Assembly (NCBI GenBank): GCA_964443005.1
Contig: CAYUBI010000001.1
Coordinates: 2,901 to 66,900, forward strand
Source of the DNA: an uncultured Candidatus Marinamargulisbacteria bacterium
GTDB taxonomy: Bacteria > Margulisbacteria > Riflemargulisbacteria > GWF2-35-9 > CAYUBI01
Length of the DNA stretch: 64,000 nt
Direction: 5' to 3'
Shown: piece after piece, positions 37,996 through 50,185 of the stretch
Numbering within the stretch: the stretch's first letter is position 1
Layout of the letters: each line of letters begins with the position of its first letter
Made by a program: the position numbers and the translations under genes
Notes under the pieces: model-generated
What the model was told of the DNA's origin: nothing
What the model saw: the letters and a program-made list of their open reading frames with translations, nothing else
The model's database searches: none

Positions 37996-39980
37996 TGTCA
38001 TTTAAAAAATTAACACTAACTCAGTTATTTTTTGCAATTTTATTATTAAGCTGTACAGTCGCCACATATCGACTATATCACAAAATTCGATTCGAATTTC
38101 ACAATAAATATGTTGAAATTATCATCCCTTTTCATGATATCAAACGCATTCATTCAATATCAGGAAAACCATTAGAAGACATTTTACTGAGTTTTCGTGA
38201 CAAAGGATTCAAAACAATTGCAATTGAAGAACGATCAGTGGATGATTTTATTGAAGATGGCACAGCTACAATGGAATCTGGATCTAATCTAATAAATAAT
38301 CAACGAATTCAAACAACAAAAGCAGGCATATTTCGTGCTAATCCTAATCTTACTATCAATCCGGATTTATACTATATTATGATTGACGACACAACTATTT
38401 TTGATTTTGTTAAAATAAAATTTTTGCAAAAAATGGGACCAACTAAAATTCATGATTTAGGCAACAATATTCTTTCAATTTCAGGAGAAGAAAAAACTAT
38501 CCGTGACCTCAAGCTTGGAATTTTCGATGGAGATATCAAATCGCTGTATCTTCAGGGATTTAGCGTTGTTCCCAGACTGACAAATCATTACAGTTATTCA
38601 GAAGAAGGAATTTCATTTCTACTAAATTCATTAAAAACGGGCATGATTCGACATATTATCTTTTCAAAAGATTCAGTACTTGGATATCCTGATTATTTAG
38701 AAAGTACGGCGTATAAACTCGATGCGCTTTCTTTTAATTTTGGCCTAATTGAATTCGTAGATCAAAAAGGCGCAGACCGTCTTGCACAAAGAATTCCATA
38801 TCAAGTTATAAAAGTTCATTCTATCCCTGAAAAAGATATGAAAGAATTTCCTGAAAGCCGCGCTGTTAGCAGGTATGTACGCGCTGTTATTGAACGTAAT
38901 TGCCGTTTACTATACGTCAATCTATATTTAGACCAACAATTCGAAGAAGAATTAGATGTGCTAAACCTTCAATTTCTGCAACATATTAAATCCAGCATTG
39001 AATCTCGAGGCTATAAGGTCTCAACAATGATCCAAAATCCAAATACTCAATTAAAAACAAGCTTTCGATTTTTAGATCTTTTTCTTTTTTTAACAACTGC
39101 ATTTCTTATGGCGTATTGTATTCGCTTTTACATACCTTGGACCAAAAAATGGCTAACATTTTATATTCTAGGACATATTACGTTTCTGCTCATTGGCACA
39201 CTATATAATGTTTATGACACATTAAAAGAATACTATGCTTTAGCTACTGCAGTTTGTTTACCAATCATTGGCTATATGTCACTCCTAAATTTCAAGCAAC
39301 TTGAGCATCTCAATAGTTTAAAACACAAGGGTAGGGCATTTTTAAAAATAGCAGTAAGCCTACTTCTAACTGCCTGGCTTACTGGACTGATAATTAATGC
39401 TTATCTTATTGATATTAGTTATTATTTAGGCATTCGTCATTTTCGAGGCGTTAAATTAGCAGTTATTCTGCCAATTTTATTACTATTTCTTTACTACTAT
39501 ATCAAACCCTATCGACTCAAAGCTTTTTTACCAATTATGAAACGATTTTTAACTAAACATGTTACACTGGGTTACATTTTTTTCTTTTTTATATTGCTGT
39601 TATCAATTATTATTTACGTTCTTAGAACTGGAAATTATGGGTTTCTAATATTGGGCGGTAATGAATTAAAATTTCGCAGCTTGCTAGAACAACTATTTCT
39701 AATTCGCCCTCGAACCAAAGAATTTCTTATTGGGTATCCATCGTTATTTATTGGCATTTATTTTTTTAATCACTATAAAAATCGCGTTTGGAAATATTTT
39801 TTTATTTCGATTTCAGCTATTGCTTATGTATCAGTTATTAATACATTTTGTCATATTCACTCGCCAGTTCTTGTTACTTTATATCGTTCGTTTATGGGAT
39901 TTCTTGTTGGAATGACACTCTGTTTTATACTATGGCTTATGCACACCCTTATAAACAAAACTAGTCAGAAAAAAAACTAG
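37992..39980 (+). CDS. Hypothetical polytopic membrane protein (N-terminal signal anchor, extracytoplasmic domain of about 330 aa, then about 9-10 TM helices)
   Basis: Hydropathy read from the translation. No recognisable catalytic motif. Confidence 0.35.
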   Translation: MMSFKKLTLTQLFFAILLLSCTVATYRLYHKIRFEFHNKYVEIIIPFHDIKRIHSISGKPLEDILLSFRDKGFKTIAIEERSVDDFIEDGTATMESGSNLINNQRIQTTKAGIFRANPNLTINPDLYYIMIDDTTIFDFVKIKFLQKMGPTKIHDLGNNILSISGEEKTIRDLKLGIFDGDIKSLYLQGFSVVPRLTNHYSYSEEGISFLLNSLKTGMIRHIIFSKDSVLGYPDYLESTAYKLDALSFNFGLIEFVDQKGADRLAQRIPYQVIKVHSIPEKDMKEFPESRAVSRYVRAVIERNCRLLYVNLYLDQQFEEELDVLNLQFLQHIKSSIESRGYKVSTMIQNPNTQLKTSFRFLDLFLFLTTAFLMAYCIRFYIPWTKKWLTFYILGHITFLLIGTLYNVYDTLKEYYALATAVCLPIIGYMSLLNFKQLEHLNSLKHKGRAFLKIAVSLLLTAWLTGLIINAYLIDISYYLGIRHFRGVKLAVILPILLLFLYYYIKPYRLKAFLPIMKRFLTKHVTLGYIFFFFILLLSIIIYVLRTGNYGFLILGGNELKFRSLLEQLFLIRPRTKEFLIGYPSLFIGIYFFNHYKNRVWKYFFISISAIAYVSVINTFCHIHSPVLVTLYRSFMGFLVGMTLCFILWLMHTLINKTSQKKN

Positions 39981-40588
39981 TGCCGTAATGCCAGCTTAAT
40001 TAGAATTTCAACACTTTCTGTACCAGTCAAATTGGGAATTATTTTAATTTTATTTTTAGCTTCCTGAAGAGAAAAACCAAGCTCAACAAGTGCTTCAACA
40101 GCCTCATCAAAAGCCAAAACGTTTTCTGACATAATCATAGAACCCACATTCTGCACATTTTTATCTATAGAGGACCCCGAAAATCCCAATTTAAGTAATT
40201 TATCCTTACATTCAATAATCATGCGTTCAGCTGTTTTTTTGCCAACACCTGGAATAGCTACCAACGCAACAATATTATTCGTCAATACTGCCTGAACTAA
40301 ATCCGGATATGAAATATTTGATAACATTTGAATAGCTGATTTAGGCCCAATTCCAGATACAGAACCCAATAATAAAAAAATTCGCTTTTCCTCAGGTGCT
40401 GAAAATCCATATAATAATTGTGCATCTTCCCGAACATGCATATGAGTATATACCATACATGGATCTAACGATTTTAGTTGATGAATAGAGTAGGCCGAAC
40501 AAAAAATTTGATATCCCACACCACTAACATTCAACGTCATTTCATTTCCATCAATACTTTCAATATGTCCCTTCAACCAATTAATCAT
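39977..40588 (-). CDS. ruvA: Holliday junction branch migration complex subunit RuvA
   Basis: OB domain, two HhH motifs (GIGPKSA, GVGKKTAERM) and a C-terminal domain. Confidence 0.8.
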   Translation of the reverse strand: MINWLKGHIESIDGNEMTLNVSGVGYQIFCSAYSIHQLKSLDPCMVYTHMHVREDAQLLYGFSAPEEKRIFLLLGSVSGIGPKSAIQMLSNISYPDLVQAVLTNNIVALVAIPGVGKKTAERMIIECKDKLLKLGFSGSSIDKNVQNVGSMIMSENVLAFDEAVEALVELGFSLQEAKNKIKIIPNLTGTESVEILIKLALRH

Positions 40589-41085
40589 AATATCTCTAGT
40601 TTACTGCGAAAGCTATAGGTATGTAAATGACAAACACCGATAGCTAAGGCATCTGCAACATCATCAGGTTTAGGAATTTCTTTTAATGATAACAGTCGTT
40701 TAACCATTTCTTGAACCTGATTTTTGTCTGCACGCCCATATCCAACAACTGCTTGTTTGACTTGCAAAGGAGTATATTCAAATACATCCAAACCATGTTC
40801 AACTGCTACATTTAAAATTACTCCACGTGCATGTGCAACTTTCATTGCAGTTTTTGTATTTTTTGAAAAAAAAAGTTCTTCAACAGCTAACTGACCAGGT
40901 GCATACTGCTGTATCAGTAAATCAAGCGCTTTAGCCAATTGATTCAAACGTACAGCGAACTTGTCTGTTTTCAATGTACTAATATGGCCATAGTCCAAAA
41001 TCACGATTTTAGAGCCATTTTTTTTCATAATTCCATAACCAATAATGGCATAACCAGGATCAATGCTAAGTAAAATATCATTCAT
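40585..41085 (-). CDS. ruvC: Crossover junction endodeoxyribonuclease RuvC
   Basis: LSIDPGYAIIGYGI catalytic-Asp region. Length 166 aa. Confidence 0.8.
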   Translation of the reverse strand: MNDILLSIDPGYAIIGYGIMKKNGSKIVILDYGHISTLKTDKFAVRLNQLAKALDLLIQQYAPGQLAVEELFFSKNTKTAMKVAHARGVILNVAVEHGLDVFEYTPLQVKQAVVGYGRADKNQVQEMVKRLLSLKEIPKPDDVADALAIGVCHLHTYSFRSKLEIL

Positions 41086-41354
41086 GCAGATATTATAACC
41101 ATAGAATGCTCAGCCTGTCGAAGTTTTGAACATAACAGACTAGGTTATCCACAGTTTTAATTGTTCTCCACAGACGAACCAAGAAGAAACGGCGTCTTTA
41201 AGTCTATTTACAAGCCTTACAAATGTAGATACTTTACATAATATATATTATGCGACATCAAATATGCAAATAGAACCTGGAATAGCTTACGTGAATTTCC
41301 TAGCTACAACCAGCAGAAAATCATTATTATCTTTTAAAAATTAGATGAAACAAA

Positions 41355-41918
41355 TTAGTATGTGATACTAAGAATAGATTCCCATGTTCGAATATCCACA
41401 AGCTTAATCACTTGCAAATCAATATCTAACAGCCCTACCATCGGTATCTTTTTTAAATCTCGCGGATATGAGGGTGATCCCAAATTGCAACAAACAACCC
41501 CATGAAAATCACGACAACCAAAATTATGCGTATGTCCAGAAAAAAGAACCCGACACTGATTCGATTTTGCTAGGTTAACTTGAGATTGAATTCCAGAATA
41601 CATATCACCATGCGTTAACACAAACGATGTCCCATTTCGCTCTAAAATAAGATATCTAGGCATCAAAGCAAAAAGAAAAGCAGACCGATCTACCATGTCA
41701 TCACAATTGCCCTGACATGAGAAAAACGGTTTTGTAATAACATTTAATCGTGAAATTACAGCCTTTACTTTTTTTCGTGCATTATCATCATTTGCATAAG
41801 GGAAAAAAAGATCTCCTGTTGACCAAATTTCATCGACCTCATTTTCATATCGATTCAAAATAGCACTTAAAATCGGCTCGTCGCCATGTAAATCAGAAAA
41901 GAGAAGTATGGTGATGAT
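41355..41918 (-). CDS. YfcE-like metallophosphoesterase; the essential DxH motif lies upstream of the only canonical start, implying an AUC/AUA start or a start-codon lesion
   Basis: GDL..., GHTHN and SDLHGD motifs. AGGAGG sits 5 nt before ATC ATC ACC ATA, and no ATG/GTG/TTG occurs between the apt stop and SDLHGD. Confidence 0.5.
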   Translation of the reverse strand: MITILLFSDLHGDEPILSAILNRYENEVDEIWSTGDLFFPYANDDNARKKVKAVISRLNVITKPFFSCQGNCDDMVDRSAFLFALMPRYLILERNGTSFVLTHGDMYSGIQSQVNLAKSNQCRVLFSGHTHNFGCRDFHGVVCCNLGSPSYPRDLKKIPMVGLLDIDLQVIKLVDIRTWESILSITY

Positions 41919-41929
41919 TGCCTCCTGAG

Positions 41930-42445
41930 TTAAGAATAATGAATTAAAGAAACCACTTTTTCATCTGACAATTTTAACCGGCCTTTTAGAAAATCCAACT
42001 CAATTAAAAAAATATTTTTTTCAATTACAGCACCCATTCTTGTAACTAATTCATTGACTGCGCCAACCGTTCCGCCAGTTGCTAACAGATCATCAACAAC
42101 AACAACACGATCTCCTAATTTTAATGCATCAGAATGAATACAAATTGTATCTTGTCCATACTCCAAATTATAAGTAAGCTCGACAGTTTCTGCAGGCAAT
42201 TTCCCCTTTTTACGAACCGGAATAAACCCCTTTTTTAATGCATATGCAAGTGGCGCTCCAAAAATAAATCCGCGCGACTCAATTCCAATAATATAATCAA
42301 AATCAACTTCACGTAACAACGAAATCATATGATCAATCGCTGCGCGAAAAGCCAAAGGGTCAATTAACAACGTTGTAATATCTTTAAAAATAATCCCCTC
42401 TTTGGGGAAATCCTTTACATCTCGAATATATTTTTCTAATATCAT
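41930..42445 (-). CDS. apt: Adenine phosphoribosyltransferase
   Basis: PRPP-binding VVVVDDLLATGGT. Confidence 0.85.
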   Translation of the reverse strand: MILEKYIRDVKDFPKEGIIFKDITTLLIDPLAFRAAIDHMISLLREVDFDYIIGIESRGFIFGAPLAYALKKGFIPVRKKGKLPAETVELTYNLEYGQDTICIHSDALKLGDRVVVVDDLLATGGTVGAVNELVTRMGAVIEKNIFLIELDFLKGRLKLSDEKVVSLIHYS

Positions 42446-42593
42446 TGGCTACTCCTTTTTATACTTACCTTAAGTTCACTTTTAAGCGAACTTCACAACA
42501 AAAAATGTATAGATTGATTATAACATGCGTTTTTCAATTTGCTAGGTTTTCAAACATCTACATAAATACTATAATAATGATATTCTATTCAGC

Positions 42594-42670
42594 GGGTGGT
42601 TAGCTCAGTTGGTTAGAGCGCTAGCTTCACATGCTAGAGGCCACAGGTTCGAGCCCTGTACTACCCACCA
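42594..42670 (+). tRNA. tRNA-Val (anticodon CAC), CCA encoded
   Basis: Manual fold: acceptor GGGTGGT/ACTACCC, anticodon stem CTAGC/GCTAG with loop TTCACAT, T-arm ACAGG TTCGAGC CCTGT. Confidence 0.65.
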
Positions 42671-42869
42671 AAAACGCCAATGAGTATCCATAATTTCTAA
42701 TTCATAATGATTTAACCTGAGATATTTCAAATTCCCGTACGATATGTTTTTAGCAGCTAATGATGAATAATTCACTAATACTTGTGACTTGAAAATTTTT
42801 AGTACATTTTTTTCGATATGTTTGCTACAATGAACATAGTTGAAATAACTTTTTAAAAGGTGGTCAGCC

Positions 42870-43418
42870 ATGGAAACGATTCAAAACATTGAAACAAAAA
42901 TTACTTTACAAAATCCTGATATTACAATTATTGAAAATACGGACCAAGTGATTGTAAACAAAGAGCATAAACCCATTCCAACGAATGCAGATTTATTAAA
43001 TGCGCTACCAGCATTGCATCAGGTGCTAAACTTTAACATTCTTGAACCAGTTTTAGACAAATTATTTTATTATTATTTTCATTTTCTTGCTAATAACGAT
43101 CGCTCCATTAAAGTTCATTTTCGTGATGCCTACTATGAATTAGCTGAAGCTATCAAACCATATTGTGCAAAAGTATCATTAGATCCTGATATGATTAAAA
43201 AAACGTCAACATATACTTACACAAAAATGCTTGTACTCAAAAATAAATTTGCGATCATGATTGCAAATCTTCCTACTGTAGGAACTGAACGATTAAAAAC
43301 ATGTCGTGAAATTGGCCAACTTTACAGTGATTTTCGCACACAACACACGTCATATCATGAACAAGTTACGCCCCTACTCAGCACCATTGTAGAAAAACTG
43401 TCGATTAAACTAGTGTAA
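42870..43418 (+). CDS. Hypothetical protein
   Basis: ORF of 182 aa with AAGGTGG RBS. No recognisable motifs. Confidence 0.3.
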   Translation: METIQNIETKITLQNPDITIIENTDQVIVNKEHKPIPTNADLLNALPALHQVLNFNILEPVLDKLFYYYFHFLANNDRSIKVHFRDAYYELAEAIKPYCAKVSLDPDMIKKTSTYTYTKMLVLKNKFAIMIANLPTVGTERLKTCREIGQLYSDFRTQHTSYHEQVTPLLSTIVEKLSIKLV

Positions 43419-43463
43419 TAAGAATCTAGGAAAACTACAAAAGCGCCCTACCCTTCTTTTGTG

Positions 43464-44600
43464 CTACCAGTTTCGTAATGCAGAAGGAACTGGTGAATTT
43501 TGCATATTCTCAACACATTGTAATGCTAACTCAATTGCATTATAAGCATCCCTGTTTTTTTCAGCCCGACATAAATAAATAACTCCATGACTAAGAATAA
43601 TACGGGCTTCAGGCATTCCAATAGTTTCACACGCACGATATACCTCATTTGCTACTCGCATACTTTGGGAATCAGCCAATCCAATATCTTCAGATGAAAA
43701 TATTACCATACGTCGCGCTATAAACAATGGATCTTCGCCGCTCTTAATCATACGCGCTAAATAATACAACGCATCCTTCTCATTTGACGCACGCATTGAT
43801 TTAATGAACGCAGAAATAAGATCGTAATGCTCATTAGCATCAAATGCCAAAACCTTCGCAGATAAAACTTCTTTAACAATTTCAGAAGTAATCACAACGC
43901 TGCCATCACTATTTTTCAAAGTTGAAAGTACAGCAAGTTCAAGATTATTAAAAACCTGCCGAACATCTCCATCACTATTTCTTACAAATAACCGTAACAA
44001 ATCATCAGAAATTTCCACATGAAAACTAGCTAACCCGTTCTCTGCAATGATAGCTCTATGCAATAATGTCAACATATCATGTTCAGATAATGGTTTAAAT
44101 TCAAACAACCGAGAACGAGATACTAACGCAGCATTAAGCGAATATAATGGATTTGCAGTAGTTGCACCAATCAAACGAAGCGTTCCCTTTTCAATATCTT
44201 TTAGCAAAACATCTTGCTGCGCTTTATTAAAACGATGAATTTCATCCACAAACAAAATCGTTTTCTTATGATAAAACTTTAGATTATCCTCTGCTTTGGC
44301 AATGACATCACGAACATCTCCCACTTTGGCTTCTACTGCATTAAGAGATACAAAAATAGCCTGAGTTAGATTGGCTATAATTTCTGCTAATGTTGTTTTC
44401 CCACAACCTGGCGGTCCAAAAAACAGCAAGGACATGATCTGGTCAGCTTCAATAATCCGCTGTAACACCTTATTCTTGCCCAAAAAATGCTGTTGGCCAA
44501 CTACATCGTCAAGTTTTTTAGGACGCATACGATAAGCTAATGGTGCATTATTAAATCGAAAACTTGCTGAAGCGTGAGAAAACAAATCAGGTTGTAGCAT
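43464..44600 (-). CDS. rarA: Replication-associated recombination protein A (AAA+ ATPase)
   Basis: PLAYRMRPKKLDDVVGQQHFLG N-terminus. GPPGCGKTTLA Walker A. Start taken at MLQPDLF; the ORF-track extension lacks homology. Confidence 0.75.
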   Translation of the reverse strand: MLQPDLFSHASASFRFNNAPLAYRMRPKKLDDVVGQQHFLGKNKVLQRIIEADQIMSLLFFGPPGCGKTTLAEIIANLTQAIFVSLNAVEAKVGDVRDVIAKAEDNLKFYHKKTILFVDEIHRFNKAQQDVLLKDIEKGTLRLIGATTANPLYSLNAALVSRSRLFEFKPLSEHDMLTLLHRAIIAENGLASFHVEISDDLLRLFVRNSDGDVRQVFNNLELAVLSTLKNSDGSVVITSEIVKEVLSAKVLAFDANEHYDLISAFIKSMRASNEKDALYYLARMIKSGEDPLFIARRMVIFSSEDIGLADSQSMRVANEVYRACETIGMPEARIILSHGVIYLCRAEKNRDAYNAIELALQCVENMQNSPVPSALRNW

Positions 44601-44651
44601 AAACAAATTATAGCATAAACAAAACAAAGAAGTTCGATTATACTTACGACT

Positions 44652-47600
44652 ATGCAACTCAATGAAACTCAATGTCGTGCAGTTGAATGGCTAGATAAAG
44701 ATCTAACACTAATCGCAGGAGCTGGTTCAGGCAAAACTCGCGTACTTACGGAACGATATCTGCATATTCTTCGAACACAAAAAGCTACAATCAACGAAAT
44801 ATTAACAATCACGTTTACAGATAAAGCTGCATTAGAAATGCAACAGCGCATTGAAAAAGAACTTTTAGCTAGTACTGAACCAGTTTTACAAACAGCAAAG
44901 AACCAATTCTTTCAACACCATATTTCTACAATTCATAGTTTTTGCCTCCGCTTATTAAAAGAATATGCAATTGAAGCACATCTCGATCCACAATTCACAA
45001 TTATGGACGATGCCACGTCTTCAATGTTAGTAGAACAACTCATTGAAGAAACTATGAAAATAGCAATTAAAAATGGAGATAGCACCTTTTTTTCACTAAA
45101 ATATGATCTTGATTTTTCAACACTTTGCCAAGCCATTCAATTTCTTCTTAAAAAAACATCAGTTATGGGCCTGCCCTTAACTAATTTAATTTGGGAAACA
45201 ACTCATGACACGCTACAATTAATTCCACAACTAAACGAAATTTCAACTATCCTTCACCACATACTAGAGGACACATCACTTAGCACGTCGTTTCAATCCA
45301 TGATTCATGATATTTTAGCATATGAAACTAAACTAACCAGTATTCTCGCTGAACCAGAGATAACACGTGAGCATCTATATTTGCTACATGATTACATCAA
45401 TGAATTCAAGCTAAATCGGGGAAAACAACATCAAAAATCCATGATCCAAGATTTAAAAACAAAAGCATTATCCATCAAAAAAGTAATAGAAAATAAATAT
45501 ACAGAAATCAGATTGGCACATCTCATTGTTTTGTCCAAACGTATTGAAACACAATGGACTCAACTCAAAAAATTACGCCATCAATTGGAAATGAATGACC
45601 TTCTCGTGTTCACAGTTCAACTTCTTACCCAACGTTCAGACATTCGACAACGAATTCAAAAAAGCTTTTCAATGATCATGGTTGATGAATTCCAAGATAT
45701 TAATTGGCTTCAATATCAACTCATTATGAAACTAAAGCAGCCCAACAACTTAATGGTAGTTGGAGATATCAAGCAATCTATCTATCGTTTCAATGATGCA
45801 GACGTATCCCTTTTTCAACAACATATTGAACAAGCTACCTTAAACAACGAATTACTTGTTTTAGATCACAATTATCGCAGCGACCCTACTATTATTGAAT
45901 TAGTTAATCTTGTTTTCCCACCTTTGTTTAAAGGAATTCGCTATGACAAACTCACAGCCTGCATTTCCAACAATACACAAATGACAACACCTATTATTGA
46001 AACGCACGTTGTTACCTTAGAAAAGACAAAAAAAGAACGTTCAGCGCTAAATCGTGAAACAGACGAGCTAGCTCATCTCGCAATTGAAATTAAAAATGCG
46101 CAACAAAATGGAACAGCTTATCAAAATATGGCAATTTTAGTTCGAAATTCAACAGGATTTAGTGCTTTAGAATCTGCACTATCTCAACAAGATATCCCTT
46201 ATCAAATTATAGGAGGAAGTCATTTCTATTCACAAAAAGAAATTATATCCATAATCTCCTTTTTACAGTATCTCTCAAATCCAAGTCAAGATTTGCCATT
46301 ACTCACATGTTTATCTTCGCCAATTGCAAATTTATCCTTAGATGATCTTTTCCTGCTAAGTCAAGCAAAACCAACTACTAGCCTAGCCTACTATGATTTC
46401 ATTCACTCAACTAATCTAATTAGTCCAGAAACATTACGTGAAAAAATAGCTAATTTTCTAGTTTTATGTGACTATCTAACCCCCTTACTTAACCTATTTT
46501 CTATCATTGAATTACTGGACATTATTTTTCAAAAAACACATTTTTTTCAAACAATCGCTACATGGCCTAATCCTATTCAATCACAACAAAATATCAATAA
46601 ATTACGAACAATTGCTAGTTCACTCACGCATCCATTAACAACCTTACCAGAATTTATTCGCTACATTTCACGCTTAAAATCTCAAGCAATTAAAGAAAGC
46701 GAAGCAGTCACAGAAGCCACACAAAAAGACTTTGTTTCAATCATGACAATTCACAAAGCAAAAGGCTTAGAATTTTCGTATCTTTTTTTACCCCTACTTC
46801 ATAAAAAAGGAAAATCAACTTATCCACCTATTCTGATAAATCGACAAGGCCAGGTTGGTTTATCGCTTAAAGATGATGTCATTGACATCATTTCCAGCTC
46901 TTATTACGATAAGATTAGTGACATTACGCATAGTGAAGATCGTGAAGAAGAAAAACGCATACTATATGTTGCTCTCACACGTGCTCAAAAACATCTCTAT
47001 CTTTCTGGAACTCTTACACCAATCTCGGAATCAACTGAAGAAAATTTAGTCAATTATTTGCAATGGGTATTACCACATTTGTCGCATATCAACGCTTCGA
47101 AATACAGCTTATCCGAAATTCCAATACAATCAACCAGCAATTATCACCAACCTGAAACAACTAATCCAACACCAATGACTCCCATAAAAAATCGATGTAC
47201 AATCATCACCTCACCCATCATTAACCTTACCGTAACTGCTCTCAACGATTATGCATTTTGTCCACGATATTATTACTATATTCACGAACTTCAACTAAAA
47301 CAAGAATATATTCCACTAAATATCAAATCAACTCTAGAAAGCAATTTAATAAATGACACATCACATGCAAACGAAAGTTCATCCATAGAATTAGGACGAT
47401 ATTTTCACAAGTTACTTGCGCAACCCAATATTCCTCTCGCGCTACCCACAGCAACGAAAACCCTATTTACACCAGCTGAACAAAGCATGCTGAATCGATT
47501 ACTAAAAAGCTTTTATAAAAGCACTTTGCCAGAGAAACTCAATGCAGCAAAAATAGTTTTAAAAGAACAATCTTATATTCAGCCAATTCCCAAAAAAGCA

Positions 47601-47948
47601 CTGCTATTTGGACAAATAGATTTGGTATATCAAGATCAAAATAGTAACTGGCATTTAATTGATTACAAAACTACAACACATTCTCACGAATTAGAAAAAA
47701 CACGCTATAAAACTCAATTGAATTGTTATATTTATGCGCTATCTAAAATTCAAGGAATTCAAATCAATTCAGCCTCATTATTTTTTCTACACGAACAGGT
47801 ATTCATTCCAATTGATATAAACAATAACCTCATTGAAACATCTATCAATGCCCTCATAACTGGCATTCTCATGAATCAATTCAATGCAGTGAATATCCCA
47901 AAAAGCTGCTCAACTTGCGGATTTAACGACGTATGCACTAAGTTTTAA
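44652..47948 (+). CDS. UvrD/AddA-type helicase fused to a C-terminal PD-(D/E)xK nuclease carrying an AddB-like Cys4 (Fe-S) signature
   Basis: [17 protein letters not shown] motif I. Cys pattern CPRYYYY...[10 protein letters not shown]. No partner subunit adjacent. Confidence 0.55.
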   Translation: MQLNETQCRAVEWLDKDLTLIAGAGSGKTRVLTERYLHILRTQKATINEILTITFTDKAALEMQQRIEKELLASTEPVLQTAKNQFFQHHISTIHSFCLRLLKEYAIEAHLDPQFTIMDDATSSMLVEQLIEETMKIAIKNGDSTFFSLKYDLDFSTLCQAIQFLLKKTSVMGLPLTNLIWETTHDTLQLIPQLNEISTILHHILEDTSLSTSFQSMIHDILAYETKLTSILAEPEITREHLYLLHDYINEFKLNRGKQHQKSMIQDLKTKALSIKKVIENKYTEIRLAHLIVLSKRIETQWTQLKKLRHQLEMNDLLVFTVQLLTQRSDIRQRIQKSFSMIMVDEFQDINWLQYQLIMKLKQPNNLMVVGDIKQSIYRFNDADVSLFQQHIEQATLNNELLVLDHNYRSDPTIIELVNLVFPPLFKGIRYDKLTACISNNTQMTTPIIETHVVTLEKTKKERSALNRETDELAHLAIEIKNAQQNGTAYQNMAILVRNSTGFSALESALSQQDIPYQIIGGSHFYSQKEIISIISFLQYLSNPSQDLPLLTCLSSPIANLSLDDLFLLSQAKPTTSLAYYDFIHSTNLISPETLREKIANFLVLCDYLTPLLNLFSIIELLDIIFQKTHFFQTIATWPNPIQSQQNINKLRTIASSLTHPLTTLPEFIRYISRLKSQAIKESEAVTEATQKDFVSIMTIHKAKGLEFSYLFLPLLHKKGKSTYPPILINRQGQVGLSLKDDVIDIISSSYYDKISDITHSEDREEEKRILYVALTRAQKHLYLSGTLTPISESTEENLVNYLQWVLPHLSHINASKYSLSEIPIQSTSNYHQPETTNPTPMTPIKNRCTIITSPIINLTVTALNDYAFCPRYYYYIHELQLKQEYIPLNIKSTLESNLINDTSHANESSSIELGRYFHKLLAQPNIPLALPTATKTLFTPAEQSMLNRLLKSFYKSTLPEKLNAAKIVLKEQSYIQPIPKKALLFGQIDLVYQDQNSNWHLIDYKTTTHSHELEKTRYKTQLNCYIYALSKIQGIQINSASLFFLHEQVFIPIDINNNLIETSINALITGILMNQFNAVNIPKSCSTCGFNDVCTKF

Positions 47949-50097
47949 AATGCTTTAGCAACCCGTCTAACTCATTTAATTGCTTTACCATATTCGTCAT
48001 TTGCTCATTACTACTAGTCATTAAATTAGCAATACCTTCCGTTGCACCCGTAACATCCTGCGTTCCATCCGTATTTATTTTAGCTATCCCAACCAATTCC
48101 TGCGTAGAAGTCGCCATATCCTGATTAAAGGAATGAATTTCATTAATTTTCAGCATTGTTTTATCAATAGACTGCTGCAATTTTTTTACAGCTTCTACGG
48201 ATTCATTTGCACTAGCTGTCACTTGCTCTGACGAAGCTGAAATACTCTGAATACCAATTCCATTTTCAGTAACTGCAACATAAATATCATGCAGCGATGT
48301 CTTTGCAGCAGTAGCCAATGTCACACCTTTTTGCACATTTTCTGCGCCTTGATTCATAGACACAACTGCTTGACGCGTAATATTTTGCATGTTTTGAATT
48401 AAACTGGTAATTTCCATAGTTGCTTCAGCAGATCGTTCAGCTAATTTCCGCACTTCATCTGCAACAACTGCAAATCCCTTACCCGAATCCCCTGCTCTAG
48501 CTGCCTCAATTGCAGCATTCAACGCCAACAAATTCGTTTGCGAAGCAATATCTGTAATAACTGTAATAATATCACCAATTTTTTCAGAACTTTTTTCAAG
48601 ATCATTAAACTGCTGCGTAATACCAGTAAATTTTTCAGAAATCATTGTAATTGCATTCACAGATTCAACAACTTTACCTTCTCCAGATTGTGCTAAACCA
48701 ACCGTACTAGACGATGATTCTGCAATTTTACTAATATCTTGGGCAACTTGATCAATAGCTGATGTAATTTGCTGAATTGTTGAAGACGTTGAACGACTTA
48801 AATCTTTCTGTTCATCACTAACTCCCTGAGTTTCTCTGGATAATTTATCAATACCTTGAATTTTTGTTTCCATTTTATTTGCCAATTCGTACTGTTTAGC
48901 AGATCCCATAGAAATTTCTGTTATTTTATTCGTAATTTCTTCAACCCCATGCGTACATTCTTCAAAATTTAATGACAATCCCTGATACACATGATTGATT
49001 TGCGCTGATGTATTTTGCGCTTGACTAACCAATGTACGAATTTTTCCAATAAATACATTCAAATACTTAGCTAACTGTCCAATTTCATCACTGCTCTGAA
49101 GGTTTAACTCCTTGGTTAAATCGCCATCTCCTTCAGAAACATCTTTAATTAAAACCACAACATGGTGAAGTGGAATGACTACAGCACGATATAAATAAAA
49201 AGCAATAAAAATAGCAAAAAGTGAACTAAAGATACCAACAACAACAACAACTTGATTCGTACTTTGATTCGCTTGATCAATTTTTGTAGATAATATCTTA
49301 TCTTTTGCCTTAGCAGACAATTCTGATTGAAGAATCAAGTGATCAATTTTATTTGCAGATTTTTTTATCTTTCCTAAAAGACCGTCATCTTCAGTATAGC
49401 CAATTTCTTTTTTAATTTGAAAAATTTCATTAATAGTTCTAACAAAATCATTAAACGGAGTCAAAATTTCAGAATTATTTCCGCACATACTCAAAAACTT
49501 ATCGCCTTCTTTATTAAATGCATCAGCATAAGCATCTGTTTTACGTAGCAAATAATTTTTTTCCTGTCTACGCATTTCTAACAACGAAATCAGCAACTTA
49601 TCCTGACGAGTTTTTTTTAAAATCGCTTCAACAGCCTTGGATGTTTTGCGAACAATACCAAACTTCCCTAAATCTTCTTCCCCAACTTCTTGTAGTTTCT
49701 TAATCACCTCAAGAAAGGCATTTTGATAAGCAATCATCTCTCGCCCTATTTCCTTAACTGAATTATTAAAGGACGAATCAACATTCGTTTGTAAAATTTC
49801 ATTCACTTTTTGCTGAACGATTTTCGTTTCATCCTGAACTGCTTTAATATGTATATCAGCATTGGTACCGCCAAAATTAGTGAGCATAAATTCTTTTTCA
49901 TGATTTTGTGCCTCTAAAACAGCAACACGAATATCAGTTAATAGAAAGTTCATGTCTTTAAGTTTGCTCATTTGAATTTCTTTAGCGTGAATTGTCAGTC
50001 GTGAATATGTAGAATAAAAACTGCCACATACAACCAACAAAATAAGTAACCCCATTCCCAACACTAATTTTGTAGAAATCTTAATATTCGCTAACAT
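47938..50097 (-). CDS. Methyl-accepting chemotaxis protein (periplasmic sensor plus HAMP plus MA domain)
   Basis: [34 protein letters not shown] is the highly conserved MCP signalling motif. Two TM helices. Confidence 0.75.
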   Translation of the reverse strand: MLANIKISTKLVLGMGLLILLVVCGSFYSTYSRLTIHAKEIQMSKLKDMNFLLTDIRVAVLEAQNHEKEFMLTNFGGTNADIHIKAVQDETKIVQQKVNEILQTNVDSSFNNSVKEIGREMIAYQNAFLEVIKKLQEVGEEDLGKFGIVRKTSKAVEAILKKTRQDKLLISLLEMRRQEKNYLLRKTDAYADAFNKEGDKFLSMCGNNSEILTPFNDFVRTINEIFQIKKEIGYTEDDGLLGKIKKSANKIDHLILQSELSAKAKDKILSTKIDQANQSTNQVVVVVGIFSSLFAIFIAFYLYRAVVIPLHHVVVLIKDVSEGDGDLTKELNLQSSDEIGQLAKYLNVFIGKIRTLVSQAQNTSAQINHVYQGLSLNFEECTHGVEEITNKITEISMGSAKQYELANKMETKIQGIDKLSRETQGVSDEQKDLSRSTSSTIQQITSAIDQVAQDISKIAESSSSTVGLAQSGEGKVVESVNAITMISEKFTGITQQFNDLEKSSEKIGDIITVITDIASQTNLLALNAAIEAARAGDSGKGFAVVADEVRKLAERSAEATMEITSLIQNMQNITRQAVVSMNQGAENVQKGVTLATAAKTSLHDIYVAVTENGIGIQSISASSEQVTASANESVEAVKKLQQSIDKTMLKINEIHSFNQDMATSTQELVGIAKINTDGTQDVTGATEGIANLMTSSNEQMTNMVKQLNELDGLLKHFKT

Positions 50098-50185
50098 TAT
50101 TTCCCCCTATAATATATAAATAATACCTATACATATACATATAAAAAACAAAAAATGCAAGAGTAGTTTTAAAAATAAATATCGA

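Noticed and set aside
42605-42871. Minus-strand ORF (88 aa) overlapping tRNA-Val
   Set aside because: It overlaps the tRNA and has no RBS or motifs. Spurious.
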